From Chrysomallon squamiferum (Eukaryota > Animalia > Mollusca): a stretch of DNA of 64,000 nt. The DNA lies in NCBI GenBank assembly GCA_012295275.1, contig CM022677.1:4712001-4776000 (forward strand), written 5' to 3'. Within the stretch, counting starts at the first letter, position 1. Each line of letters opens with the position of its first letter. Below the pieces are notes generated by a model. The model did not search any database, was not told where the DNA came from, and saw nothing but the letters and a program-made list of their open reading frames with translations. A program made the translations under genes and the position numbers. Below, piece by piece: positions 37,881 to 52,318 of this stretch.

Positions 37881-40800
37881 TGATATATCTAAGATTATGG
37901 TATATGTTTTGTTTTTGGGGTTATTTCTGTGGGTTATATACACACTTATTATTATATTATAAAATAATATATCTTTGTGTAAAATTAAACAATAAACAGA
38001 TATTTTGAATTTATTTCACTGTTTCATTTACAGAATTTACAGCTATTTGAATAATGTAGAATGTTTGTCTATTATCAATGTTTTTATTGAAATTGTTTTC
38101 CCATTATTTCTCATTCTTGTTATTAATTTTCAGTGGAAATCACAGGGATGATAACCTGATCCTGTCAGAGAATATGGATCATGATATTCAGTTAGTTTCA
38201 GAAGACCACTCTGAGTATTTACAATATTTCTAAAATAATTTTTTGATTTATCTTCATAAAATAATAATAATAATAAAAAAATATTTTTTGTTTAATTAAA
38301 AACATCAAATTTTAGTAATATTAATATTGATTTTTGATTGTGTTTAAAACTTTAAATGATACACATATCTAATGTCATTACATTTTATTTATTGAATTTT
38401 TTTTTACTCCACTAAGTAACAGGCAATCAGACAAAATTGAGATATCAAGTTTCAAGGAAAAGTATATAATATTACATTACATATTAGAATTAAAATTATT
38501 TTGGTCATTCTTATAATTGTTTCATTTTTTCTATTTGGCTTTTCTTTCTTTTCTTTTTACCATTGATGGTTTCAGTTCCATAATTACTAGTTTTATTTTT
38601 ATTTTATTTTTATTTTATTTTTATTTTATTTTATTTTATTTTTTCTACTTTACTTAATTAGGTTTAAAATTAGTAAAAATTACAAACAAATGCATTTTTT
38701 GGAATTGCAGTAATATTTTTCTTTGTCTTCTTGCTATGTGATGTTTACCTCAAATAAACTAATTTCAGTCAAACGTTTCTTCACAAAACACTCGCCGCTG
38801 TATAGGATGAGCAAGCACCACATTTATTAAAATATACTGATTAAATATTAATTACCAGAAAACTAATTGAGAACACAATCTGTGGTGTAGTTAATGAAAA
38901 TCACCTTCATTCTCCTGCTTAGAAAAAGTATATTTCTGAAATATATACAACACTTTGCCTGGAATTATAAAAATGATATTTTCTTCTATTACTGCCAAGT
39001 ATCAACTCTTCAGCTACTGCTGAAAAACGGATACCTAACTCTCTATTTCCCGGCAGCATATTTGGGTTTTTTTAAATTCACAGTTTAGAGATTTAGTTTT
39101 AACTGTAATAATAATGTGACATTTTATTTTTTATTTTATATTCACTAATATAGTCAATAAACAAATGACGTTAATCATTAGGCACGACCTATATTTCTCA
39201 TTATCCAATGATCTTCTATAAAACAAAATGGATTAATACTTAATTAACTGTAGAAACTGATATTCTATTATCTCCCCTAAAAATTAAATTCATAATTATG
39301 ATTAACATCATTTCTTTATAGCTGCTGTACAAGAACAACAGTAGCAGTAGTAGTTGCTATACAGATGGACGCACAAGAGCAACAGAAGAAGTAGTAGTAA
39401 TACAAATGGATGTACAAAAGCAACAGCACCAGTAGTAGTAGCAGTACAAGATGATGTATAATAGCAACAAAAGCAGTAGTAGTAGCAATACAAACTAATG
39501 AACAGTAACTACAGCAACAGTCCCAGTAGCAGTACAATTGGATGTATAATATAGACAGAAGCAGTAGTAGTTGCTGTACAAGTGGATGGTTAATCAGTAA
39601 TTGAGTTGGACTGCAGCAGAACTTATAATAATGCTGATTGGATGGATATGTTTATTACAGATGAAATCATTGGTCACTGTTTTATAATTCAGCCAATTAT
39701 GTTTGGTGTTGGATTTGTGAATGGAACTCTCTCGGAAGGAGTGCTTGTTATTCATGTTTTTTGGAGTAATGTATTGTTGTAAGTGTGGGCTTGACGATGG
39801 ATTTTATCTTGGTACAGAGAGTTGTTGTTAATTTCTTTTTCATTTGAAGACGCCAACCGAAAGTTACAAAATGTACAGCAGATGGATGGATGGATGAAAT
39901 TAAAGTGTTAGTAGAATATTATAGATTTGGAAAAATAAACAGTGATAGCATTATCATTGCAGGAAAGTTAAGGGTCCATCCTGATAAAGTGTTCAGTGAA
40001 CTCGGCGTTGATGAAAGATGATAGAATAGCGACTTTGCTAACGAAAATATATAAAAGACGAACTTGCAGCCGTATAATGTTAGTGTTTAAGTTACCAGAC
40101 GGAGCTGATTTGTGTCACAGAGATGTGACATATTTGTTAAACAAGTAAATGATAACGATTCAAGAGTTGGCATTAATTTATGTAGTGGAGGAAAATAAAG
40201 TGATTTATATACAAAAGCGAAATAATCAGCGTGTTTGTGGTACATTTCGAGGTTTATTTAAAAAAAATAATAGTTAATTCAGCTGTTCTTGACAGTGCAT
40301 ATAGTTCAACGGTTGCCAGTGAAAGGTATAGTGAAAACTGTTTTAAGACAAAGCTTAACTGAGTTTGTAGTAATAGGAGAAAGAAACTAAAGTAAATGAA
40401 ACAAAGGAAAGACAAAAGACAAATGTTTTTATTTACTGGCTGCTGCAGCTCTAGCTAATTTTTAATCTAGAAACTAAATATAATTGCAAGTTTAGTCATT
40501 TATATCCTTTTCTTTGTAGATTTTTAAATTTCCAGTTCATTCTTACTGAACAGTCATCAATAATGTCTAGTTTCATTTGAGTGACAAAAAAGACATTAAC
40601 ATAACAAGTTCATTTCACACCTAATTGCTTTCTTGTTTGGTATTAATCAACCCAGAACATTTATCTCTAGGTGTTTCTCCGTGTCTTTTATTTATATAAC
40701 TTTTCTGTTTAAACTTTCCTGACTTTACTTTTCTATATATTTACTAGTCAGTCTTTCTTTTTTATCCGTCATAAATCCAGTTTTTTAATTATTTGTGGTC

Positions 40801-41070
40801 ATTCTCACTTAATTGCTAATATTTGTTTGTGAAAATAATGTTAATCTGCTTACAGAAATAAAAATATTTCTTTAGTAATAAAATATGATATTATAACTGC
40901 ACCTGTCTGTAATTACTGATATAATTTCTGGTGTATCAAATAGAAAATTACTTCTCATCTTGTATTAAATCATAACAGCTGAGACAGAGATACTCAACAG
41001 ATAATGAGGAATGATGCAGTAAGCCTTTCAGCCATGTGATTGCAGGTATTGGTAGATAAACTTTATGACA

Positions 41071-41270
41071 NNNNNNNNNNNNNNNNNNNNNNNNNNNNNN
41101 NNNNNNNNNNNNNNNNNNNNNNNNNNNNNNNNNNNNNNNNNNNNNNNNNNNNNNNNNNNNNNNNNNNNNNNNNNNNNNNNNNNNNNNNNNNNNNNNNNNN
41201 NNNNNNNNNNNNNNNNNNNNNNNNNNNNNNNNNNNNNNNNNNNNNNNNNNNNNNNNNNNNNNNNNNNNNN
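41071..41270. other. Assembly/scaffold gap (200 N)
   Basis: Run of exactly 200 N. Confidence 1.
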
Positions 41271-42619
41271 CATAAAATTTGTTGTTGTCCTTGTTGCAGT
41301 AAACAACGTTAAAAGAAGTGTCAAACGTTGAACAAGAATGTGGCTAAAAAGTGTAAATTTTGTTTTCATTTCTTAGGTCCGTCTTTCCGAGGCTAGCTTT
41401 ACATACAACGATGTTCTGAACATGTTGACAGATGTCTTGATGAATGTCAGCAGTCTACAATAGGTTATATTAACAATGAGTCCTACACTGTTTTCAGCAG
41501 TGTCGTTTATTAAAGGTATGTCGTAACCAAGCACTGAGCATTCTCCTGGCTTCCAAGAGACATTTTTCAAGGCGGTACAAGACGCATTTCTGTCCCCGAG
41601 ACAGGCAAACATTTTTCTCAAAACTGAGGATTTGATGTCCAGTAAATCTACAGGTGAACTCTGGTAAATGTTTTATTTCCATGATCAGATATAACATGTA
41701 ACAAACATAGGCCCAACATTAAAAACATATGCTAATGATCACTAATATCATCCGCTAATGTTTATAATTCCTATGAAATTTTGGTGGTCGTTTTGGACCA
41801 TCTTCTTGGGTTTCTGAGCCATATTTAATTGGTAAATGACTGTTAGTCCAATTTTAGTATCAAACTGATGAACTGATTTGGTGATGATATCGGTAAAATA
41901 GTATAACTTTCGACCAAATTTCAAATTTAAGCACAGCACGAAACGAACATCACATGAGTAGTAAACAAAATAACGACACAGTGATTCGCTTTATTACGAC
42001 AGACTTCAAAAGATACTTTTGGTTAACTGAGTCGTTTTGGGGACATCTTCGGGAGCGTGACCCCTGAATTACTGTAAACCTTTCTCTCAGTTACTGGTTC
42101 CAGGTGAATTCACTAGATTGGCAGCGGACACTGAGAACTGGGTGGGGTAATGTAGATTGGGAGGTGATCTAGTTTTTTATTATAGTTTGAGCGCTGCAGG
42201 CAAAATTGAAGTCGATTGATAAACGATAAAGAAATATGTCGATGATGAATCTGTGTGTGTGTGTGTGTTCACAACGAGGCCATCCATGGTGCAACAACAG
42301 CGCAGTGTTCCTGTGTAAGGGAAGATGTTAGTTACAGAAAGTGAGATTATTTCACCGGATGCAACCGAACAAGTCATATGACAACGTACTTATTTTCTTC
42401 TTCCTTTCCTGTTCGTCCTTTTTTTTTACTTTACAAACGGATTTATCAAACATATATTCACATATAAAATAAAACATTTAAAAAAATGTTTCGAAGCTTT
42501 CGTTAAAACTATGTTCTGTTTCAAAACTCTTTTAATTTCACCAAAAAAGCTATAAACTGTCAGTCTGTACTGAATGAAAATCTCTTCAGGTAAACTAACA
42601 TTTAAGTCTGTACCTAAGT

Positions 42620-43160
42620 TAGACTAACCTGAGACCTAACCCTAACCAAAATGCTATCCTGACTTGTGAACTCATCATATGATTTTCCAGGTCTTGCAGA
42701 TTGTTCAGTTATTTAAACCTAACGTTAATTAACTCTAACGCTAACCCTGGGCATAAACCTCACTCATAACAGTATGGTAAAATAAAGGATGTATTTGTAT
42801 CTTAAAACTCATCATATGATTGTTCAAGTCTTATATTAAATGTCTCTTGAGAGAAATAGATATTTGAATCTGAACCTAGAATTAGTTCTAACCCTATCTC
42901 TAATTCTAAATTTAAATCTAACCTAACCCTGTCTATAACTTGTATACACTAACCCTAAACCTAACACTAACCCCTAATAATAAGCTTAACACCTACACTA
43001 ATCTCCAATATTAAACTTAACACCTACACAAACCCATATACTAAATTTGCAAATACACTAACACCTTATACTAAACATTACACCTTCACTAACCCCCACT
43101 AATAAACTTAACACCAACACTAACCCCTAATCCTAAACTTCTCTCCTATACTAACCCACA
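42620..43160. repeat. Degenerate CTAACC-rich, telomere-like simple repeat
   Basis: Recurrent ctaaccct/actaaccc motifs with a ~30-bp periodicity in the later part. Confidence 0.6.
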
Positions 43161-43284
43161 GTCCTATTTAATGTTTTGCATAAGCAGTGAAGAAGTTGGC
43201 AGTGTTTCATAGCAATATATGAGACCCAAATACTCATTCATTCCTTGCACTTTGAAACAAAATCAAATTAGTCCTTTAACAGTA

Positions 43285-43865
43285 CAAAATGACTGGATTT
43301 ATTTTTGTCATTAATTATCAATGTTGAGTTTTGAAAGCAGAAAGAGAAATTTTAACACTGGACGTATTTCTGTCAGACAGTGAAGTTGTCATTAACACCT
43401 ATTTATAGTCAGTGTAAAATGAAATTTTAAAACTGGATTTAATTTCTGCCAGTAACTGAAGTTTTCATTAATTAAGGTTAAAACTGTATTTAGTCATAAC
43501 AGTTATAAGCTATAATCAGAATTATGGGCCTTTGTTTGTATAAAAATGTGTTCTCAAGTCAGATCAGACAATAATTTCATGTTTACTCATTAATTCCAGT
43601 ATAATGATTCTGTCAACAAGAGGTAGCATGTTCTCCAGTCAAACAAGTACAGACTCCAGCTGTTTCATTTCTTTACCACATGAACTGTTTTCTCAACTGT
43701 TCTGGCTACTGTAAGAATTATCTCAACACACAAAATCATTATTGCATTCATCTGAAATAATCAAATTTTAAAACACAACTCAGATAGTTTAGTTTTTAAT
43801 TATTGCTTAATTAGAGACAGAAATAGATAATCCTAACTGTTCAGAAGAGATTTCACTAAACTGAA
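43285..43865 (-). repeat. Older inverted-duplicated block, right copy (partner 31870-32830)
   Basis: Reverse-complement similarity seen by eye. Confidence 0.85.
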
Positions 43866-46139
43866 ACACACACACCAAAAAATATAATTCAAGAACAAAA
43901 ATTAAAATATTAAAATAAAATGAGTAATAAATAGAAAGAATAAGAAAAATTCTAATTTAATAAACAACAACAACAACAACGTTTCTCTCCTATCAAAAAA
44001 TATAAAAATACCTAATAAATAAATCAAAAATCTATAGATCTGCAAGAAAACCCAGCTAACAATTATTGTCAAACTATCATCAGCTGCAGCATCAGGCTTC
44101 TGTCATGTTTGCTTGCAGTTTCAAGGGCAGCTCACTCTGTTCTCACATGATACCTGACTGAGGTTCAGTTGATGTGGGGCTGTCCCGCTGTTTGCTCATT
44201 GCTCTAAGTGCCGCACTGATTATTTAAATTAATATTGTGTATTATGACATTTAGAGTCACCAAGCATCAGAAAAATTACATTTTGTTATATTAGTTTTTA
44301 AAGTAGTCTAGCCATTATTTGTACTTTACAACTACCAGTTACCTACTTAAAGGTGTTAGACATTTTTGTTTTTGTTTTTTCCTTTTTCTTTTTTAATATA
44401 CAATGATAGGAAGTATTTATCGAATGCAGTAAAAAAAAAAAAAAAAAAAAAAAACATTAATATTATCAATATTTTTACTGTCAAACAATTTTTATTTCGT
44501 TTCCTGGCACTAGACAATGTCAGTGAAATGAAAACAGAAGATCCCATAATTAACTATTACTTATTATAAATGTATTTGCAGTATTTGCAGTACACAGTAG
44601 ATGCTTTTCCTCCCCTCTGAAAAATAATCATGAAGCTAACAAAGTTCATGCAAAACATTTAACTATAGTCAGAAAGAGTACAAATATCTAGAAGTAATAT
44701 GACAAATAATGGTTTTAGGGAATGTTTTGTATTAAGTACATTTGAGGGATTCAACTAAAGCATCCATTGTAATCTTTGGTTTCACTGAAAACACGTAGAG
44801 TCTATTTCTGTTTGTTTAAAGTACTTGGGTGCTGGAAGACACTTGGGACATCTACAAACACTGCCACTGAGATTGTCTTAACAAAAGCAAGACAGTAATG
44901 GTCTGTCAGTATTGTTCAGGTGTGTGAGATGTTGTCAGTGTGACTGGGGTGAAAGGTAGGTCAGCAGAAAAGACAGAATATCTGGCAAGAGAGAAAGATG
45001 TCTGAGTCAATTCTGTACATTATATTATCAATTGTCTAAAATATTATACTATCATCATGAATTAAAGAATGTAATGAACAAAGACACTGTGTGGATTTTA
45101 TGAGAGACAATCCTAACTTATTACAAATGATGACAGTACTAAAAGTTATCATCAAGCAATGAATAAGAGGAGAAATATTCACAAAAAATAAGAAGATAAA
45201 TCCTACAACTTGCAGTCTATCACATGAAAAATTTAGTATAACAAATACAAACAAAAAACCCAGGAATTGAAACAGAAACCGTATTTATTCAAGTAATACA
45301 AAATAGGAATCAATTAAATATCAAAATAAAAATATTCATGCCTACTGAAGCATAGGTCTGGAAATATGTCATGTTTCTCAAAAAGAACACCTCTTGCAAG
45401 TTATAGCCAGAGCTTAGAGGCACCTTTCCTTCTAGAGGTTGCATGTATGTACACAATCACATCAGTTTATTACTTACTAAATATCAGTCAAACAATTCCA
45501 AATGTTTAAATTACAGGAAAATGTTGCCACAGTTCAATTTTCCACTGGAAGTCAGAACAGTCAATTTTCCTCAGATATAGAGCCTTAATAGACAGATTAC
45601 AAATACAATTTACAATCAGCAGAAAGTGAATATAAGTGATAACTGTGGATAATGCTAGAGATCAGAAATAGAACACTGCATGTTTTTAAACCTCAACAGT
45701 TTGACAAAAGAACAGTGAGAAGTCTTGAATATTGAATATTTTCATAATTTGATGACAGCTAATTTATATATATATTTACTAGAGAAAACACAACAAAACA
45801 AAATAATAACAATAAAGAAAATTATAAAATTATAAAATCAAAACTGAGAAATAATTGTAGATCAAGATATAGTGCACAATATATCCTACTGTATTTTCTA
45901 CTAAAAGAGCGAAGAGGGCTGAGCTAACAGAATTGACAAATATTCAGAATATTTCAAGTTCCAGTAAAGATAGAGCAAATCAGAGAAGAATTAACAGAGG
46001 CTTTATTTTGAGATTATTTAGATAATGAGAGTGGCGGACGTAATGACATAGGTGTAACTCAGAGTATGGCAGAATCACTGCTATTAGAGGATTAACCTTC
46101 GAACAAAAATTAAATTTTAAGAAGGTAGAACATAAAAGT

Positions 46140-47180
46140 GATAGAGTGAAAAGAGAGTATGAAAGAAAAGAAAATGGAGAGAGAAAAGACAGAGACAAGG
46201 AAAGAGAATTTCAGATAATTAAACAGAAAATGGAGCACAAACTTAAAATGAGAGGAGAGTTCAGAGAGAATTCAAGTGAGAATCCATCGAATGGTTTTAG
46301 AATCAATAATTGTTACAGGTCAGTTCCTAATTTTGATGAGAATGATGTTGAAATTTTCTTTCTCGAAAGAGTGTCATTTGAATCTAAATGGCCAAAACTT
46401 TTTGGGCATTTATTAGTTCAGAGTAAATTAACAGGAAAGGCTGTTCAGTATATAATTCACTGGATAATAGCTTAGCGGAGTTAAATATGTCTGTTGATAA
46501 TATCCCACAGATTAACTGCAACATGAAGAGTCTGTGTGAAACATTCAAAAGTGATCCATCTTTGAAAGCGGTGTGTTCAAAAATAGTGGACAAAAACAGA
46601 GTGAATGTTTTCATGTGCATAATATGTTGATGAAGAAAACATTAAATAAAATCATGTCGAATGAAAAGGAGAAGTATGAATGTTTTCAAATTGAAGTACC
46701 TATAATATTCAGAAAAGAAATATTTAGTTTAAGTCATGAAAATGTGTATTCACGTCATTTGGGGTGAAGATATGTGTGCAGTGCATCAGACTTTTACTGG
46801 CTAGGAATGTATCACAACATAAAGAAATTTGTCAAAACTTGTGAGGTGCCATAAAAATGGGAAACCAAATCAGGTTATTACCCTGACACCCCAAAAATGG
46901 GTGCCAATCAGTGGACCTGCTTTTTCAAAAGTGTTAGCTGATATTGTGGGACCACTGCCCAGAACAAGCCAGGGGAACAAAAATCTGTAGACAATAATGT
47001 GTGTGAATACTAGGTTCCAGAGGCAATCCCATTATGTAAGATGACAACTAGTGTGGTAACAAAAGCTCTGATGAAATATTTCATGATGACTGGTTTACCA
47101 GATGAAATTCAGTCTGATCAAGGCTCAAATTTCATGTCAAAATTATTTTAGCAAGTCATGGTTATGTTACAAATGCATCA
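46140..47180 (+). mobile_element. Decayed Gypsy LTR-retrotransposon: gag N-terminus joined to integrase (PR/RT/RH deleted)
   Basis: Gag VPNFDENDVEIFF..ERV...WPK....LVQSKLTGKA; integrase zinc finger SHE....HLG...FYW.GM...IKKFVKTC; core FSKVLADIVGPLPRT..GN...EAIPL...GLPDEIQSDQGSNFMSKLF. Multiple stops and frameshifts. Confidence 0.9.
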
Positions 47181-47874
47181 GGAGACACAAAAGTGAGTTG
47201 GTAACAATGGAAAATTTGGATAATAGATGATTGGACAAGTCTGGTGTATTATATTAATCAGACAATGGGACAGTAAAATAAAGGACTCCATAGTGTGAAG
47301 TATCATGATTAATACTCTGCAACACAACCAGAAGAAAGTTAGAAAAAACTAACTAAATAATAACAATAAAAAATTATATCCCTGACCATGAATCACATTT
47401 ATTGCAGTCGGTTTTAATGGAGCGGAACCTTTTTCTTATCTGTAATCAAAGCTGCTCTGTGAAAACATAATGTCACAATGGACAACACAGTTTTTTTCCA
47501 GTATTTGTTAATTTGATGAAAACATTCTAATCTGCACATTGAAATAACACTTACCTTGCACAAGTTTAGTATTTATTCCCAAATCTAATTCCATCAAACT
47601 GAATGAAATTATCATTTCACATGACATGCTTTTTACTAGGAAATGAGAAACTGTAAGAAAAACAAAAACAATTGTAAAACTGCTACACACAGTAAAATGC
47701 CACTCAGAAAGATATAAATAAATGAATAGCACTGATGAAAATAAACTTTTTCATGTATATCTGTGTCAGTCTAAACTTATGTATACAGTGAGATGATGAG
47801 AAGCAAATGGATGGATGATAAAAGAATAAAATGAGATAGAAAAAGAGAAACACACACACGTATAAATAAATAAA

Positions 47875-47905
<31 letters not shown>

Positions 47906-49008
47906 TGTGAGAATGAACTTGTAAAATATGATGCTATACTGACAAGAAGTGTTTTATTTTGAATTATTAGAAACATAATAAATATTTTAACATTAGTACA
48001 TTGCATTAGTGGCTCAGGTTTTGTTATTTCACTGAAATAGTAAATGTTATTAAAGCTTGTTGTAAACTATTGTTAGGATGAATTTTTGCAACAGAAAATC
48101 TAAAACAATGGCTATATAAATGATCATTATAAGCATTAACTTTTAAATAAAAACAAAATAAATAAAAGTGCCACTTAAGCCTGTACTTTTCACAAAGTGT
48201 ATATGAATCATAAGATAATCACATATTTGTCTAATTATATTTATTCTAACATTAGATGGAAACAGTCTTTAGAATAAAAACAAAAATTACACAATAATAA
48301 CAAGATTAATATACTTCTAAACTATAAATTATTACTGTCATAATTTATTATTAATTTTGATTTCCAGGCAGAAAATAAAAAAATAAAAATAAAGAAAAAG
48401 TAAATAAAGGAAAACAAAACACAACATAAACTTTAACTTGTAAGAATGTAAAATATATATAAATATTGTGTTCACTTTTAAGTATAAATGAATTCTTTAG
48501 CTGAACTTTATCAGTTTTGTGTTGTAAATATGAACTCTATCATTTTGCATGTCTTTATAAAACACTTATTTATTTACTGTGATCATAACTACATAAAAAG
48601 CAACACTACAGCACAAGTAGAGTGACATCATAGAACTTAACTAGCTGATATGTGAAACATTTACCATCAGATTTTCATTATTAACTCTGGTTTAACTGTA
48701 AGAAACATAAATAAACGTAAGTAAAGGGAAATAACTGAAAATGTATAACAATAAATGAATCAATGTAACAAGGTTTTTTCTTAATGATTTTATTACCCTT
48801 TTTGAAGCATCACATTTTTCATTACTGGTTTCTGTCAACAGACAAATGTTTATCTCAGTAAAAGACCTGACAGCAGAAATGGTTGTGAAAAACATATCTT
48901 TCAAATTATATATGACTGGTAAAAGTAACAAAGAGTTTGTAGTAGCGTTTGACTGAATGTAATAGCATATGTGTGTGAATGATTGGTAAAAATATCAATA
49001 CATCTTAC

Positions 49009-49729
49009 TTGAAATTTTGTCTTCTTCACTTTCCCTGTAATGAGAAATTATTACTATAATCATCACAGCTATCATCTTGTGATGTAACTACATCACAAAC
49101 ACTGTCCTCGTATAATGAGAAATTATTACTATAATCATCACAGCTATCATCTTGTGATGTAACTGCATCACAAACACTGTCCTCGTATAATGAGAAATTA
49201 TTACTATAATCATCACAGCTATCATCTTGTGATGTAACTACATCACAAACACTGTCCTCGTATAATGAGAAATTATTACTATAATCATCACAGCTATCAT
49301 CTTGTGATGTAACTACATCACAAACACTGTCCTCGTATAATGAGAAATGATTACTATAATCATCAGAGCTATCATCTTGTGATGTAACTACATAACAAAC
49401 ACTGTCCTCGTATAATGAGAAATTATTACTATAATCATCACAGCTATCATCTTGTGATGTAACTACATCACAAACACTGTCCTTGTATAATGAGAAATTA
49501 TTATTATAATCATCACAGCTATCATCTTGTGATGTAACTACATCACAAACACTGTCCTCGTATAATGAGAAATTATTACTATAATCATCATCATCTTGTG
49601 ATGTAACTATCACAAACATCTTGTGATGTAATCATCACAGCTATCATCTTGTGATGTAACTACATCACAAACACTGTCCTCGTATGCTTGCTCCTCCTCA
49701 AAAGGCTGATCTTCATCTGACCTATCAGT
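49009..49729 (-). pseudogene. Acidic exon containing ~8 copies of a 75-bp / 25-aa repeat (VVTSQDDSCDDYSNNFSLYEDSVCD); part of a decayed or mis-assembled minus-strand gene
   Basis: tttcag acceptor, unique lead-in TDRSDEDQPFEEEQAYEDSVCD read in the repeat's peptide frame, open 197-aa ORF across the array, AA|gtaaga donor. Frame breaks at ~49620 and ~49030. Other exon-like blocks at ~47385, 47555, 48777, 49925 and 50270. Confidence 0.5.
49038..49685. repeat. 75-bp tandem repeat, ~8 copies
   Basis: tataatgaga recurs at 49111, 49186, 49261, ..., 49561. Confidence 0.97.
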
Positions 49730-49839
49730 CTGAAATGTTTTGTTATAGTATTGTTAAAAACAAAACAGTATCTGACAAAACATATCTTCCATCACAGCAA
49801 ATTATATGAACACTGATCTTACATAAAAGCAACAAATAC

Positions 49840-49906
<67 letters not shown>

Positions 49907-51746
49907 ATGTTAAATATAAATACCTGAAGTGTGTCATAAATTCCAACAGTCCAGCTGTGGAAAAGGCATTTCATGAAATGATTGATACTTTCCACTTTTC
50001 ATGCACTGCAAAAAATAAAATGAAAAAACATCAGAACTGCTACAACTTATTATAATATTGAAAAAAATAAAATAAACATTAGTGAGAACATATGCACACA
50101 AAGTTTAATTAATTACTGACACATGTAACTACATAAATAAAAATAACATTAACTATAAAAATTAATCTGTCAAACAATTTCAAGATTCTAACTTAAAATT
50201 AATTAGAAAATAATAATAATAATAATAATAATAACAATAATAATAATAATAATAATAACAACAACAGACATATCCCTTGTGAAAAACTGCCTTATGAGAT
50301 ACTTCATCTACAACAGATTTCATGTGCAGTAGCTGTTATCACTTTCAACATACCTAAATAGAAGACAGATTTGGATACTGCAATATCAAACTAATGTTAT
50401 GTAACAATTATTTCTTTTGTAATCCTTCACTTAGTAAATAATAATCTACTCTTTACTGTGGACTATACCACACCTATTGATTTATATGAAAGCATTTAGT
50501 TCTATAAAATAAATATGAATGTTGTCTATGACGACTTACAGTAATACCCTAGTAAAACCCCTCCTGCACTTAAACTGTCTTCAAAACGAAGGTTAATGTT
50601 TCCAACAACAATTTATAATAATGTTCTTTTTTTTTTTTTTTTTTTTTTTAAAGTTCTCTGTATTTCCCTACCACAATTTAAGTTTTCAAAAGGCTTTGAA
50701 CACTCGGATATAATGCTTATTGTGCATGAGCGTTATTTCCCCTTGTCATTTATTTACATTGATTTCGTCCCTAGAGCAAGAGCATCTGAGCCAAAGATAG
50801 TGATTCTGAAATATTATCCATGGTAAACAAATAACGATATATGCGATTATTTTAAAGAATTTATGGACGAAACAAAATCTTCATAGTTTGTTTCAAATCC
50901 TTTCTTCTCAGAAGAAAATAAAATCTAGGTTTCACTGTTCTAATATAATGATTATTTCGTAGAATAAAATGTGTGTGTGCGTCTGTGTGTGTACAGTTAA
51001 TTCATAAGATAGCATCATAAATATAAATTTCCTATTAGTTAATAGCAATGAAATGAATGAATGAATGAATGAATGAAGGATCTAGTATCAAGGGTGATAA
51101 TTCTTATATATATTTATTATGAAGTGCATAAGTTAGCTATTATGAAAATATATATTAGTTTTCTGTTTTCAAGAGAGCTGCATTTGATAGTCTTTGCGCT
51201 GTATAATAATGACTATGGTATGTACTCTCCTGTCTGTGGGATGGTACATATCAATGATCTTTAGCTGCTAACTGGATAGCCCATGAAGTGATGACAGTTG
51301 TTCTTATTTAGATTTTTGTATGTATATACATATGTTTGTGTATGTTCTTATCTGCATGCATTTGTACATTTGTGTTTGTGCATATAACTTCATTCATATG
51401 ACCAGACAGCAATTATATATATATATATATATAGGTTAGGACACTGGCTTGAAAAATAACAGACAGCTGGTTCAAGCCTCATCATTTGTAGCTCAATGAT
51501 TTGAGTTAATGTTCAGTGATTAAGTCTTTGTGCATACTCCAACCTTGTCAAGAATACCTAATGTTTTACATTCAATACAAAATTAACTGATTTTTTCTGA
51601 TCTTGTCATGAAACAATTTAATTCTGCATATCTCTAAAGTGTATATGTAACATTAACAGAGTAGTAAGAGTAAGAAATATTTGAAATCTCAAAATGGATT
51701 TTAAAAACTGTATTTGTTTGTTGTTTTGCTTTTTGTAATTGTTTTA

Positions 51747-51781
<35 letters not shown>

Positions 51782-52318
51782 GTTTATTAAAAATATTTTT
51801 CTACAAAATAAACAAATAAAACCAAAACAGTTGCAGTAAAATATTTGTATTGGCTCAGGTTAAGTTTATGTGAAAACTATTATTTCTTCTAATATTGTCT
51901 TTATGTATCAAACATTCTTAAAACATCTTAAAGAAAAATAATAAAACAACCATTTTTATCTGTTTTGTACATCCAACACTCATACCATAATCTATATTTA
52001 ATACTTAATAAATATCCTTAACATTGCCAAAAACTTCTTTATTCAGGATTTACTGCTTTCATTGGTATTCGAAATGTCACATCTGATTTATTTAAGTGTT
52101 CTCTATAATTTCCTTTCTTTTTCCACTTTTGTTGAGAGTTCTGAGATCTTCCCTCTGATCAATGGCTAACTGTCGCTTGAGAACCAGCAACATGCCCACT
52201 GCCTTGTTTATAACAGTTTACTCTGATTTATATGTTGTTAGCACACAAACCAATACCTTTCAAATTTGAGTCCAGGTTTGAAAATAGAGATAAACTGGTT
52301 GTGAGTGACATTAAAGTA

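Noticed and set aside
41028-41369. ORFs spanning the N run
   Set aside because: Artefacts of translating through the gap.
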